Below the pieces are notes generated by a model. That model ran no database searches, was not told where the DNA came from, and saw only the letters and a list, made by a program, of their open reading frames with translations. A stretch of DNA of 62,247 bases, filler included, from Catajapyx aquilonaris (lineage: Eukaryota), in the NCBI GenBank assembly GCA_000934665.2. It is 4 parts of 4 records of this genome, joined end to end, with 100 filler letters (N's around TTAATTAATTAA, not from the genome) between each part and the next. Parts side by side here need not be neighbours in the genome. Positions count along the whole stretch, not along the records: positions 46,297 to 62,247 come from JYFJ02007532.1; 3 more parts are not named here. One strand, 5' to 3'. Made by a program: the position numbers and the translations under genes. Shown here one piece after another: positions 51,224 through 62,247 of this stretch; positions within the stretch are counted from its first letter, which is position 1, and each line of letters opens with the position of its first letter.

Positions 51224-51802
51224 TCACTTTGCTCTGGCGAGATGTGTTTTCTCGTGTCTTTTCAAATTTGTTAAGTAATTAAACTTTTTCTCGCAAATTT
51301 GGCAATGGTATGGCTTCTCTCCTGTGTGAGTCCTTGCATGGTTTTTCAAAGTTCCTGAATCGCAAAACCTTCTGTTGCAAACTGAACAACTGAATGGTTT
51401 CTCGTCAGTGTGGCTTCTCGAGTGGATGGTCAGTGAATGTGAACGACTAAACTTTCTTAGGCAAACTTGGCAAGTGAATGGTTTCTCTTTTGTGTGAGTT
51501 CTCATATGCACCTTCATATTATTAGATTTCCTAAACTTTCTGTTGCAAACTTGGCAGCTGAATGGCTTCACCCCTGTGTGGGTTGTCATGTGCGCCTTCA
51601 TATTACTAGGTAGCTTAAACTTTCTGTTGCACACTGGACAGCTGAATGATTTCTCCTCTGTGTGGGTTGCCATGTGACGCTTCACATAATACCAGGTACT
51701 AAACTTCTTCTTGCAAATCTGGCAAACGTTTCCCTCCAAGTTTTTCCCTTTGTCCAAGTCTTCCTGGACCCCATTCGTCATGTTCTCTCGAGCAGTTTCT
51801 TC
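51224..51802 (-). CDS. C2H2 zinc-finger protein, terminal exon with 6 fingers
   Basis: Six CxxC-x12-HxxxH fingers with TGEKP-type linkers; acceptor ccccatttcag|GAA at 51803. Confidence 0.92.
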   Translation of the reverse strand, partial: EETARENMTNGVQEDLDKGKNLEGNVCQICKKKFSTWYYVKRHMATHTEEKSFSCPVCNRKFKLPSNMKAHMTTHTGVKPFSCQVCNRKFRKSNNMKVHMRTHTKEKPFTCQVCLRKFSRSHSLTIHSRSHTDEKPFSCSVCNRRFCDSGTLKNHARTHTGEKPYHCQICEKKFNYLTNLKRHEKTHLARAK

Positions 51803-52312
51803 CTGAAATGGGGAAGTATGAGCACAATAGATTCGCGACAAATAAAATAATGCGGGTGCACATGGAAAAATAGTGCTTTGACTAGGTATGCTCGCTAAAC
51901 AATATTATTACTGCCTGTTATAATTGTAAATAATTAATGGATTGTACACTAAAACTTATATTCATTCCAATAATATTGATGCTTGCATCCGTAATAGCAT
52001 TGCCATAAAACGTAAAATTCAGGAAGGTTGTTGGCACCTTTCTGACTAATTATTTGAAAAATAAATCCAGCATAATTCCAGTATTAGTTTTCGCACATGC
52101 GGTACTGTATTAAAAACTGATTGGCACTTTTTAGTATGGTAGGCCTATTGGCCTACTATTGGAAGCAATTTGCACTAAAAATTAGCATGCAAGGCAAGTC
52201 GATGCATGAGCAGATTCTTCAAATCTGGCAGAAACATTCGGTATTTTGGCTCAATTTTGGCACTTCATACTCACCCCATCATATGCGAACATTGTCTAAT
52301 CTGCTTTCTCAC

Positions 52313-52591
52313 CTGCTCTGGCCTTCCTCCGTCTCCATCACTTCCACCCCCTGCCTCCGCCTCCCTGTCTGGACCATGCCTCTCTCTGATGCCCTCCTCC
52401 TCTTCTGCTGCATCTCTTCCTTCCCAGCCACCACTCCCATTGACATCCTCCAGGTCCTCTTCTGGCTCCACTGCTGCGGCCCTATCCCACGTGGAGTGAA
52501 TTGCGCTGTGTGTAAGCAGATCAAGCCTCCTTTTGAAGACCTTGTCTGGGCAGCGAGGGCAAGGGAAATATCCCCAACATAGCATGTACAT
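52313..52591 (-). CDS. Probable upstream exon of the 6-finger gene: isolated C2H2 finger plus acidic linker
   Basis: FPCPRCPDKVFKRRLDLLTHSAIH followed by an E/D/G-rich tract; donor CAG|gtgaga in phase 0 matches the 51802 exon; acceptor ttttcctcccccag near 52626. Confidence 0.6.
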
Positions 52592-54808
52592 GGCTGCTTG
52601 TCTTGTTCCTCAACGGCCTACAACTCTGGGGGAGGAAAAACAAAAAAGAAGTCTGATAAACCCTTCATGCCCCAACCACCCAAGACCCAACCAGACCAGG
52701 CCTTACCCAATGTGTGCACCTTACAAGTGGAGTGGGCCGTGCACTTCTTGGTGGTGAGTTGTATGATGGAATGAGTCAGATGCAAGAATAGTACAGGTTT
52801 CTGCCCCCCCTGCAACGCAGCATGGGAAAGTCCCCCCTCAATAGTGTCCCCCTCTTCCAAGAAGGGGGATCTATCTTTGACCACTCCTGCCAATGACCCT
52901 ACCCCTCACCCCTGCAATATTAGAAGCAGCCCTTTTTCAACTAGATAGGCTTCTGCTTGTAACAGGATCCTCCCAACATGGGGTGGGGAAGAAGGACCTT
53001 CAGGTCAGGCAGAGGTCAGGGCTGCTTTTCCCTATTCAAAATAATAATAATTTCAACCTGTCCCAAGGATTTATCGCAATTGAGATTTTTGAGGTCAGAT
53101 ATCTTCCTCTGGGGCTTGTCCCTTATCGAAACTTCCTACTCGCAAGTTTTGTATCTCAAGGTTGAAGCACACACCATCATGTGCTCCGTTAAATGTATCC
53201 GGGAATCTTCATAGTTTGTCTCAGTTATGAATGGGCGCATTAGACTCTACGTGCGCCTATACATTATTGAGTCAGGGGAGCGAGGAAAGGCTGCCAAGAT
53301 AGGATGAGCTCCTTTACCCATCATACACTTATCGAAAAGGTCAAAATCATTCTTTTTGTCCTGGTCTATTTGGCAGCAGCAGCAGCAAGGAGACCGCAGA
53401 AGAAAATTACGGAGTTTTTTTTGGTCCTGCGCAATTTAAGGGTGAGCTAATTTTGCCTTTATGTGGATAATTTCATTGTAATCACTATGCAGTAGTGTGC
53501 ATTATAAGCATGTGGAAAGGAGACAGACTCTCGTATTAGTTGAAAAAGTGGCGATTTGGCTACAACATGCCTCGGTCATAACAGACTTTTTTCTGCCGTC
53601 CATACAAGTCTTTTATGGCCGAAACTTTGCAATTATTTGCATTTAACAGGATGATCTGAAATGCATTCCTGCTAGCTTTTGTGACACTTTTCACCCTATA
53701 TTTCGCCTTGGAACGGTTATATACTTTCACTGAATAGCAAATACTTCTTGTAATACTTGATTAGTTGTAATAATGTAATGGCTGATAATATTATGTTTCG
53801 TGAAGTCATCCTTTATAACAGCTTAATCTGGATCTAGCCTAGGAAAATTGATTCTATCACTGGCGGTCGATGCCAGTTGTTCCAATCGGTCATTCTCAAT
53901 CGCAAATTGATTGCAATCAGGAGCTTACATTAGAGAGGTGATTCAATTCGCCCCAATATTATAGCAACTAATATATTTGTGATAAAATGGGGGCGCAAGA
54001 AAAATCCACAGTTTTAATATTCCAGTTTGGATATGGATATCCAAAACAATGATTTGACCTTGCAATTTCTAGTGTGCTTGGCAATGAGAAAAATCCAGAT
54101 TTCCTGGCTAACTAATAATTTTAGGACTAAAAATAGACCATACCAGGCGAGAGAGCGTTAAAATCATTGGCATATACAGGCGTAAATGACTCAAAGCCGC
54201 CAAGATTGGACTTCAATATATTGTGAGCCGGAATATGGGTTATGATTATCATGGCGAATATTAACCTCGGGTAGGGTGGGCACTACGCATGGCACAGTGA
54301 ATGTTGTTAAAATCTATTTAGTATTTATGCCCATGTCCCCCCCCCNCCCCCCCCCCCATTAGTGTAGGTAAAGCATTGATGACGTTGGCTAAAAAGTGCA
54401 GTAATCGCGCCGAAACTGAGATTCGTTTCTATCTTAATTACAGTTAATATACCATAATCAAGATGATTGCAAAGCCACAGGCAGATGTGAAGACGTTGTT
54501 CCCATCAATGGTTTAAACGGCAATTATTTTGATGTATCGTTTACTCCAAAAATAATATCAGAAATAGACCTCATTGCGCTCAGCCATCAAAAGTGGACAC
54601 TTTTTTCTCTTCGTTATCAGATAACAAGATTGCCAAACCACGTGAGCGTGATTAGAGTAGACTTTTTCATGTTTACTGCAATTGTCCCCAACGTCCGTCA
54701 CGAGACTAGGACTGAAACTGAAACCACCCATAACTCATTTTCGGTGAGGCATACTTCTCTCCAGGCTCTCCTCGAGGCATACTCTCTCCAGGCTCTCCTC
54801 GAGGCATA

Positions 54809-54918
54809 CTGCTAGCGGAATTTTCCGAAGCGGCAGAAGAACGAATAGAAGATAATGATACTTCAAGTCGGGCGAGCAAGATTCCTTCTTCTGCCGCTCC
54901 GGAAAATGCCGATAGCAG
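54809..54918. mobile_element. Small TA-flanked MITE, preceded by a 27-bp tandem duplication (54744-54810)
   Basis: CTGCTAGCGGAATTTTCCGAAGCGGCAGAAGAA pairs with TTCTTCTGCCGCTCCGGAAAATGCCGATAGCAG. Confidence 0.65.
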
Positions 54919-54959
54919 TATCCCTCGATATATTATCCAACATTTTTCCATTATACTGT

Positions 54960-54967
<8 letters not shown>

Positions 54968-55025
<58 letters not shown>

Positions 55026-55356
55026 TTGTGGGTAATGCTTTCACCCCTACCGGGGTATATAGCATGGACCTTTATTGTATTTTGAGATGTTAAGTACATG
55101 GTGCCTATTTCATGAAAGCCCGGGCCCACGGGCAGGATGACAGGAGGGGATGTGCAAGTGCAGTGCGGTAACGGTGCTTGGTCGTTTTGTGAACTCCCCC
55201 GGGTGGTTTAGTCTGTGGATATACCACCCGAGACGAAGCCAGAGACGACCCCAGAACTCTGCACGAGATGAAGGGGGTGTCCCCGGGCCGGGATCGAACC
55301 CGGGACCTTAACATCCGTGGGCGCGCACGTTACCGCGGCGCCACTCCGTCTCCCCT
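54968..55356 (-). mobile_element. tRNA-derived SINE family C with (TAT)n tail
   Basis: A box TGGCGCCGCGG, B box GGTTCGATCCC; 14-bp TSD TACTGTTATAATAA. Confidence 0.88.
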
Positions 55357-56397
55357 TACTGTTATAATAACATCATAGTTGTACAGAATTAGTAATCTTT
55401 TATGGCAACCAATAAGCCTCCTCTTTAATACCCTTCATTTATTATTTCAGTATGGGTCACTAGAAATATACGGAACTGCTACAAAATATAGAAAAATTTC
55501 GTTCAATAATCGGTACACGCAGAGCTAAAACCACGCAGAATTTATTATCTGACGACATTATGTAATTTAACATGTTTGTATTAGACATACATTAAATTCA
55601 ATGAATTAATATTGTTCCATATCTTTCAACGCTTCTTTCGTATATTTTTTGGGAAAATTAATTCCAGTATTCAACTTGTAGAAAAACATTTCATCTTAAT
55701 TAGCTAGGATTTTGTAAAAAAAAATTTATAATTATAATAACATGATACATGTTACAATATATCTTACACAATATTAAGGGCAGCTTTTTTGACGCAACGA
55801 CACTATCGTGACATTATGTTCTCATAAATTATTGTTCACCCCTGGCAAGGTAACAAAATTTATTTTAGAGCAAAATGTTGACTCTGTGGCAGGTTTAATC
55901 ATGTTAAATATAACTTCTTGATTACGAAACGAAGCCCCTTACGCAACACTTCGAAGAAGTGATATTAACGTTATCTGCCATAATTAAAGGTGTAAATTGA
56001 ACTATTGAATTTAGGCACGGATTGAAAATTGGACGAAAACTGGGGCTTCAGCTGAATCGCAACCTTAAAGCACAAGGTACATAATATCCTGGCACGTATG
56101 CGTCCCTCCACTCGACCTTACCTTATTGATTTAAATTCAAGGTGTTAACATGTCATTTAATTTTAATTTACTATCCCGTTACGTGTAGCAGGGAATTTCC
56201 TAGGCGATGGAAGTGTCGTAAGCAGTATCCGAAACCTATAGGCTGAGATAATGCACTTTTTATTTAATGCTAATTATCTCGGTAACTATGATGTGGAGAC
56301 CCACGATTCCCATATTTAAAATTATCGTCTGGAAGCCCTCTAGCACCCCCCAAAGCGAATGTAGATTTTTCCGCACCCTGTATAGGCATCTTTTCAC

Positions 56398-56501
56398 TTT
56401 TGGCCACTTTATCCTGGTATTGAAGCAACCCTTCACACACACCTTCTTAACGTGGGGTCTGTCCGAAGGGTTGCTTCAAGACCAGGATAAAGTGGCCAAA
56501 A
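56398..56501. mobile_element. Short hairpin MITE (second copy 48367-48474)
   Basis: TTTTGGCCACTTTATCCTGGT.TTGAAGCAACCCTTC arm and its complement in both copies. Confidence 0.8.
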
Positions 56502-57151
56502 GTATTTGAACCCGATAGTACATCCACCAACAACTGCCTAGCGCATGCTGCTGTGTGCCTTGTCACTATGTCGCTGTAGCAACTGGAAAAGCACAAGGTC
56601 GTGACAACGGATGTGCTCCAAGACTAACATGAAGTATGCGCATGAAATGTGCATGGACTGCACATTGGCAATAAATCCATGCTCAACATACCTTTCAACT
56701 TAGTGTCCAGAAGTGAAGGTTAAGTTCAGACGGCTGCGTCAAATGGGGTGCGTACAATCGGAGTTGAAATGTTTCGGCGGGAAAACTTTGAACCCGAATA
56801 TCTCTGAAACTAGAGGGGTCCAATGAGCGGGGTAAAAAGGTCAAATGAGTCCATAGAGAGTGCTACAACATCCATTAATTTCAGCTGGATCTGAAATATG
56901 TGGTGAGATGCGTGAAGTTGGCTCACCACTTTTTGAAACGAAATATCTCTGAACCAATGAGGGTCCAATAAACGGGGTAAAAAGGTCCAAAGTGTCCATT
57001 GAGAGTACTACAGAGGCAATTGATTTCACTTCGATTCGAGAGGTGGTGAGCCAACTTCACATACGTGACATTACACACATTGCAGCACTGGAAATACTCT
57101 TCTTACCGGGGAGGTGAAAGTGATTGATAGGTGCGACACAGTGACTGACAT

Positions 57152-57390
57152 ATGACCGAAGCAGGTTGGCATAGTGGATAAGGCGTCCGACTGCTAATCT
57201 GGAGGTCCTGGGTTCAAATCCCGGGGCCGGCAACCTTGACTGTGGTTTTCTGTGGTTTTCCACGGTCTTTCTAGGATAATTCCGGGGTTGCTTCCGCATA
57301 ATAGGTCACAGCCGCTTCCTTCCTTCCCTATCCTTGGAGGTTGAAAGGCAATGCTGGGCCAACCTCCTTAATATCAATAATAAAGTCACA
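57152..57390 (+). mobile_element. SINE family A head and body with a different 3' end
   Basis: Near-identical to 24375-24550; 3' boundary approximate, TSD not clear. Confidence 0.8.
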
Positions 57391-59065
57391 CTTTGCCCAA
57401 ACTGTATGGAAATAAATTAAAACTTCCTTATTCGAAATCTGAACATTATTTTTATGAAAATCTCACACGGATTCTTTCGAACTGCCCTTCACTCCACATC
57501 GACGACATATCCTTGACATACATACATACTCGTACATATACCAACAAACTCTTCGGATTCAAGAAGATTTTCTTTATATCCCATCTCTCCCTCCCATGTT
57601 CCCCTGGCCTTTCCCAACCTCCCACGTGGGGCTTTCTACGACAACATCTTCATTCTGGCCAAACAATGGGAGGGGCCAGTTATATTCCAGGAGAAAAATT
57701 GACTAGGATCTGCAAAGACGAAGGAGGAACTGGCCGACCAATCTACACCATTATTCCTCTCCTGGATAAGAAGAGCACACAAAATGGAGGTACTGTGGAC
57801 TCATGGGCTGAGGTATCTACCTGACCATAATTATGTCCTGGGTCAAGTTACCCATGCTTCCAGAATAAGGGCCCTAAATCTGCCTGGGCTGACTGAAAAG
57901 CCAAGAGGCACATTGAACTTTCTCCAAATGCAATTAAAGTACAGTACTTTTAAAAATACTACAGCTTCTATATACAAATGCTTTATTTAATATGATACAC
58001 AGACAGTACAATCACGCAAATAAACCCCAATTAATTTCCCAACACCACATCCCTAATATCTACTGTAGTGTGCTACTCAAATGCACATATTAAATCTCAC
58101 ATCAAGGTCAATATTCATCCTTACTCCTTTCCCATTCCCCAGTCTCTGCAACAGTCTTTCGACACAAAATCCCACATCCTGCCATGTATCACACCCTCTG
58201 TGTGAATCCCTTACTGTATGCACATCCAACCTGCTTTTCAAGACCTCAAAAGGCCCCAACTATTTTGCCTACACTACAACAACTAATTTACAAATCAGGC
58301 AGCAAGATCCTATATCAATGGCATAATGGGTTGCATTAGAGTTAAGTGTAGCAGGCCTGTCACAATTCACTTATTTTGTTTATATGGCGTGTGATTTACC
58401 ATAGGCTTTACCATTACCTCTTAACGATCACTTATATAATAATCAGGTTGGATAAATATGCCACAAGCCTTGCAAAGAGGCTCTCCATGGACATCTCCAG
58501 TCTCCAGAGAGCCACGTTAGGCTACCTTTACAGTGTCTACTTTGTAGAAGCTGTCTGCAGTGCACTGGTGCTCGATCAGTCGGCCATCTTGAGTGGCGAG
58601 CATTCCAGTCAAACGGAAACAGAGCCAATTTGTGTTCGACTGGGACGCTACGGCAGGCAGTCGTCTCCACAAAGAAAAGGGGACGTTACCAGGTCTCTGT
58701 CAGACTATTCCCATGCCCACACATAGATCAGCAAACAATCATCGTCATTCCCTTTGCTGAAAAACGTTGGGGAATTGAAGGGGTAACATTACTTGGCTTT
58801 GGGTTTATTCTGCCAGAATTGTATACATTGGACTGCCAGTAAACTCAGTTCCCATCTCCGGCCCTCCTGCTGTGTGGAATCCCTGACTGCTCACACCAAA
58901 TGTACACTTGTCTTTCCTTTGACTCATTCCTTCCTCTTACTCCTCAATAATTATGGATGCCGCCAAAGCCTGTCATAAAAGTGTCAGTAGCTAACATGGT
59001 GTGTATAGATAACTTGACTAATGCAGTGCCTGTGTGAATGGGGGGGCCTTAAACAGCTTCAGCAA

Positions 59066-60472
59066 CTATGTATGCATTCGCAGATGCTTTTTCAAACTTC
59101 CCGAGTGACTGAAACTTTTCCTGCAAACCTGGCACCCATATGGCTTCTCACCTGTGTGCTTTAGCATATGCTGCAACAAAGCAGATGTGTGACTAAACGA
59201 CATCTTGCAAATAAAGCAACTGAATGGCTTCTCCCCAGTGTGGGTCCTCATGTGTGTATTCAAATTTCCTGACTGACTAAACTTTCTCTTGCAAACGTCG
59301 CAACTGAATGGCCTTTCCCCTGTGTGGGCTATCATGTGTAAATTCAAACTTGCTGACTGACTAAACTTTCTCTCACAAACCTGGCAACTGAATGGCTTCT
59401 CCCCTGTGTGGGTTCTCATATGGCTATTCAAATTACTTGACTGACGAAACCTTTTCTTGCAAACCTTGCAACTGAATGGCTTCTCCCCTGTGTGGGTTCT
59501 CATGTGTGTATTCAAATGGTGTGACATACTAAACTTTTTCTTGCAAATCTCGCAACTGAATGGCTTCTTCCCTGTGTGGGTCCTCATGTGGATATTCAAA
59601 CTTCCTGACTGACTAAACTTTCTCTCACAAACCTCGCAACGGAATGGCTTCTCCCCTGTGTGGGTTCTCAGATGATTATTCAAATTTCCTGACTCACTAA
59701 ACTTTCTCTTGCAAATTATGCAACTGAATGGCTTCTCCCCTGTGTGGGTTCTCAGATGATTATTCAAATTTCCTGACTCACTAAACTTTCTCTTGCAAAT
59801 TATGCAACTGAATGGCTTCTCCCCTGTGTGGGTTCTCAGATGATTATTCAAATTTCCTGACTCACTAAACTTTCTCTTGCAAATTATGCAACTGAATGGC
59901 TTCTCCCCTGTGTGGGTTCTCAGATGATTATTCAAATTTCCTGACTCACTAAACTTTCTCTTGCAAATTATGCAACTGAATGGCTTCTCCCCTGTGTGGG
60001 TTCTCAGATGATTATTCAAATTTCCTGACTCACTAAACTTTCTCTTGCAAATTATGCAACTGAATGGCTTCTCCCCTGTGTGGGTTCTCAGATGATTATT
60101 CAAATTTCCTGACTCACTAAACTTTCTCTTGCAAATTATGCAACTGAATGGCTTCTCCCCTGTGTGGGTTCTCAGATGATTATTTAAATTTCCTGACTCA
60201 CTAAACTTTCTCTTGCAAATTATGCAACTGAATGGCTTCTCCCCTGTGTGGCTTCTCATGTGTCTATTCAAATTTCCTTCCTGACTAAACTTTCTCTCAC
60301 AAACCTCGCAACGGAATGGCTTCTCCCCTGTGTGGGTTCTCATGTGCTTATTAAAATCACTCGGGCAACTAAACTTCTTCTTGCAAATCTGACAACCATT
60401 CCCACCCAAGTGTTTCCTCTTCTGCATGTCCTGCTGAATTCCATTCCTCTTCTTCTCTTCAGCAGCTTTTCC
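59066..60472 (-). CDS. C2H2 zinc-finger protein, terminal exon with 16 fingers
   Basis: 453-aa ORF of 16 tandem fingers; acceptor aatttcag|GGA at 60473; leader [27 protein letters not shown] aligns with EETARENMTNGVQEDLDKGKNLEGNVC of the 6-finger paralogue. Confidence 0.95.
   Translation of the reverse strand, partial: GKAAEEKKRNGIQQDMQKRKHLGGNGCQICKKKFSCPSDFNKHMRTHTGEKPFRCEVCERKFSQEGNLNRHMRSHTGEKPFSCIICKRKFSESGNLNNHLRTHTGEKPFSCIICKRKFSESGNLNNHLRTHTGEKPFSCIICKRKFSESGNLNNHLRTHTGEKPFSCIICKRKFSESGNLNNHLRTHTGEKPFSCIICKRKFSESGNLNNHLRTHTGEKPFSCIICKRKFSESGNLNNHLRTHTGEKPFSCIICKRKFSESGNLNNHLRTHTGEKPFRCEVCERKFSQSGSLNIHMRTHTGKKPFSCEICKKKFSMSHHLNTHMRTHTGEKPFSCKVCKKRFRQSSNLNSHMRTHTGEKPFSCQVCERKFSQSASLNLHMIAHTGERPFSCDVCKRKFSQSGNLNTHMRTHTGEKPFSCFICKMSFSHTSALLQHMLKHTGEKPYGCQVCRKSFSHSGSLKKHLRMHT
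59642..60251 (-). repeat. 84-bp coding minisatellite, 7 copies (fingers 3-9)
   Basis: Seven units encode identical [28 protein letters not shown]; only one silent TTG/TTA difference seen (about 60185). Confidence 0.95.
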
Positions 60473-60640
60473 CTGAAATTAATGACACCTTATAAATTCA
60501 GGAGTATTATTTTGAAAAGAGAGCTTTGGACTCAGTATGGTCGCCTTGAAATATTACTGTAGTTATTCATGCAGTCTATGTGCAGCAGCCCACTTTTTCC
60601 CTTCATCATCAATTTTCAAGTTTGGTACAAGCCATGTATA

Positions 60641-61070
60641 CAGGGTATCCGTGAACCGAGCAATCAGACCTGTACCCGTGGCTCAATTGACACCAGAGGA
60701 TCATGTTATGCAGAGGAGTCATTATGTCTGGGCAGCCTCATTACTGAGATAATAATTGATCATTTGCCATTTAGCGATTGGGCCTAAGAGTGATTGTCAA
60801 ATAGCAGTGACAAGTGCGTGTCAGTGTGTGGTGGTATGTGCCATGCGACATGCTAGTAGCCAAATGGGAAAGCTGCTATTATTTGACAGGTGATGCGATT
60901 TCAGGGCTGAAGGTGTCCATACCTCCCAGGATACTTTGTACTTGTCGTTTGAAGGCATTTATATCAGTAATGAGGCTGCCCAGACATAATGACTACTCTA
61001 CATAACATGATCCTCTAGTGTCAATTGAGCCACGGGTACAGGTCTGACTGGTCGGTTCACGGACACCCTG
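60641..61070. mobile_element. Long-TIR Tc1-type MITE upstream of the 16-finger exon
   Basis: TA-CAGGGTATCCGTGAACCGA ... TCGGTTCACGGACACCCTG-TA; arms about 110 bp. Confidence 0.88.
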
Positions 61071-61095
61071 TATAGTAGTCTACTGATCAAAATGT

Positions 61096-61460
61096 TTTAA
61101 TTTTTTCATTTTTTATTGTTTTTTACCCCGTGATACAACTATAAGCCGTTATAGGGGGTGGTACACCACCACCAGTTTTCCGGCAGTGTAGGATCATATA
61201 ACTTTTCTTCTCTCACCGGTGCAAGGAAACATGGAGACAGGGTAAGGACAGGGATTGTGGGGAAGGAACGTAGGTGCAAGTGTAATACCAATAGATGGGT
61301 CATGTGCTGTTCTCCAGGAGGCTAGGTTTCCAGACACCTCCAAGGTGCGGGTCAGAGACCCTCCTGACGCAGGCGAAAGGGAACTCCCAGGCGGGGATCG
61401 AACCTGGGACCTTTCACTCAGCAAGCCGAGACGTTACCATCACGGCCACCACACCTCCCC
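61096..61460 (-). mobile_element. SINE family B
   Basis: Same head and body; 14-bp TSD ACTGATCAAAATGT. Confidence 0.9.
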
Positions 61461-62247
61461 ACTGATCAAAATGTATCTCTTTAGGCTACCAACCAGTTTT
61501 TCCATCAACCAATAATTAGATGCATGCGTACAGGGTACAGGGACAGATGATGTCATCAATTGCACGTGCTGAGGATAATTAATTTTTAGATGTGACCCGT
61601 CTAATGTACACAGGATGCTGATTTAACATGTAATTGTTTGGGGGATGGCAGAGGGATTCTAGGCGATCATTTTAAGTGGAGGTGTCTCCACAGCCTAGTA
61701 CTGACAGAATGGGCTATTTATCATGCAGTATAAGATGCAAGGGGGTAATCAATCGACTGAAAAGTGTACACTGGAGTACCAAATTCAAGGAGTACCACGT
61801 AGTAATAAAGAGTGAGGTACCTGGGGAGTACCAGGGAGTACCAATCGCAAGTGTACACCGGAGTACCGAAGTGATTACCCCCTTGATAAGATGTCCTGTA
61901 AATTGTGCATCCTACAGCACATGGGAAACATCTGAAGCACATCATGACAGAAATTCACTGCACTTGGAAGATGTGACCTCCTGACCATTCTGGTGGGGCC
62001 ACGAAAATTCCATGGTGTTCCATATACAGGGTGTCCCTTACTAGTCGCTCTTCCGTCAGGCAGTCCAGTTATTGGCCCAAAACAAGTGGTAAATGTAGGG
62101 AGGAGAAATGTCGAGGCAGTAACCGGTAACGAGATAAACGATGATCAAGATGAGGTCGCCCCTAAGACAATCGCTGCAACCCACCCACCGGCTTTTGTGC
62201 TGGAGGAGCGCCAATGGCATTAGCAAGGTCGGAGGAGCGGCAATCGG

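Noticed and set aside
52780..53160. Host exon upstream of the 6-finger gene
   Set aside because: Resembles 47880-48060 and looks like a decayed repeat, possibly a LINE endonuclease region; no SET or ZAD motif found.
59642..60251. Regular repeat array as CRISPR
   Set aside because: No spacers; contiguous 84-bp coding zinc-finger units in a eukaryotic gene.

Overview
Eukaryotic, probably arthropod/insect, draft-assembly window with spliceosomal introns and three scaffold joins marked by an artificial TTAATTAATTAA linker. Host genes recognised: a complete four-coding-exon GH29 alpha-L-fucosidase on the minus strand (10136-3453, 451 aa); the terminal SAP-domain exon of an SDE2-like gene (39188-39391); an unrecognised spliced basic repeat-protein gene (50162-47367); and two paralogous C2H2 zinc-finger genes (6-7 fingers and 16 fingers). 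The 16-finger gene carries seven protein-identical fingers encoded by an almost perfect 84-bp minisatellite. The rest is densely packed with transposable elements: a young but disabled full-length Ty3/Gypsy element (32600-38524), three modular tRNA-derived SINE families, a Helitron, and many MITEs of Tc1/pogo, hAT, piggyBac (TTAA and ATAT), Kolobok, PIF, P and Sola type, often nested up to three levels deep. Most notable: the homogenised zinc-finger array, a SINE>piggyBac>Gypsy nest that appears to have grown an ~84-nt intron to 7.5 kb, SINE head/body/tail shuffling, MITEs resembling mammalian MER2/Tigger4, a possible Arg-rich N-terminal extension of the fucosidase, and the orphan repeat gene. 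All calls were made by eye; no database searches were run, and TE superfamily names rest on terminus/TSD signatures only.
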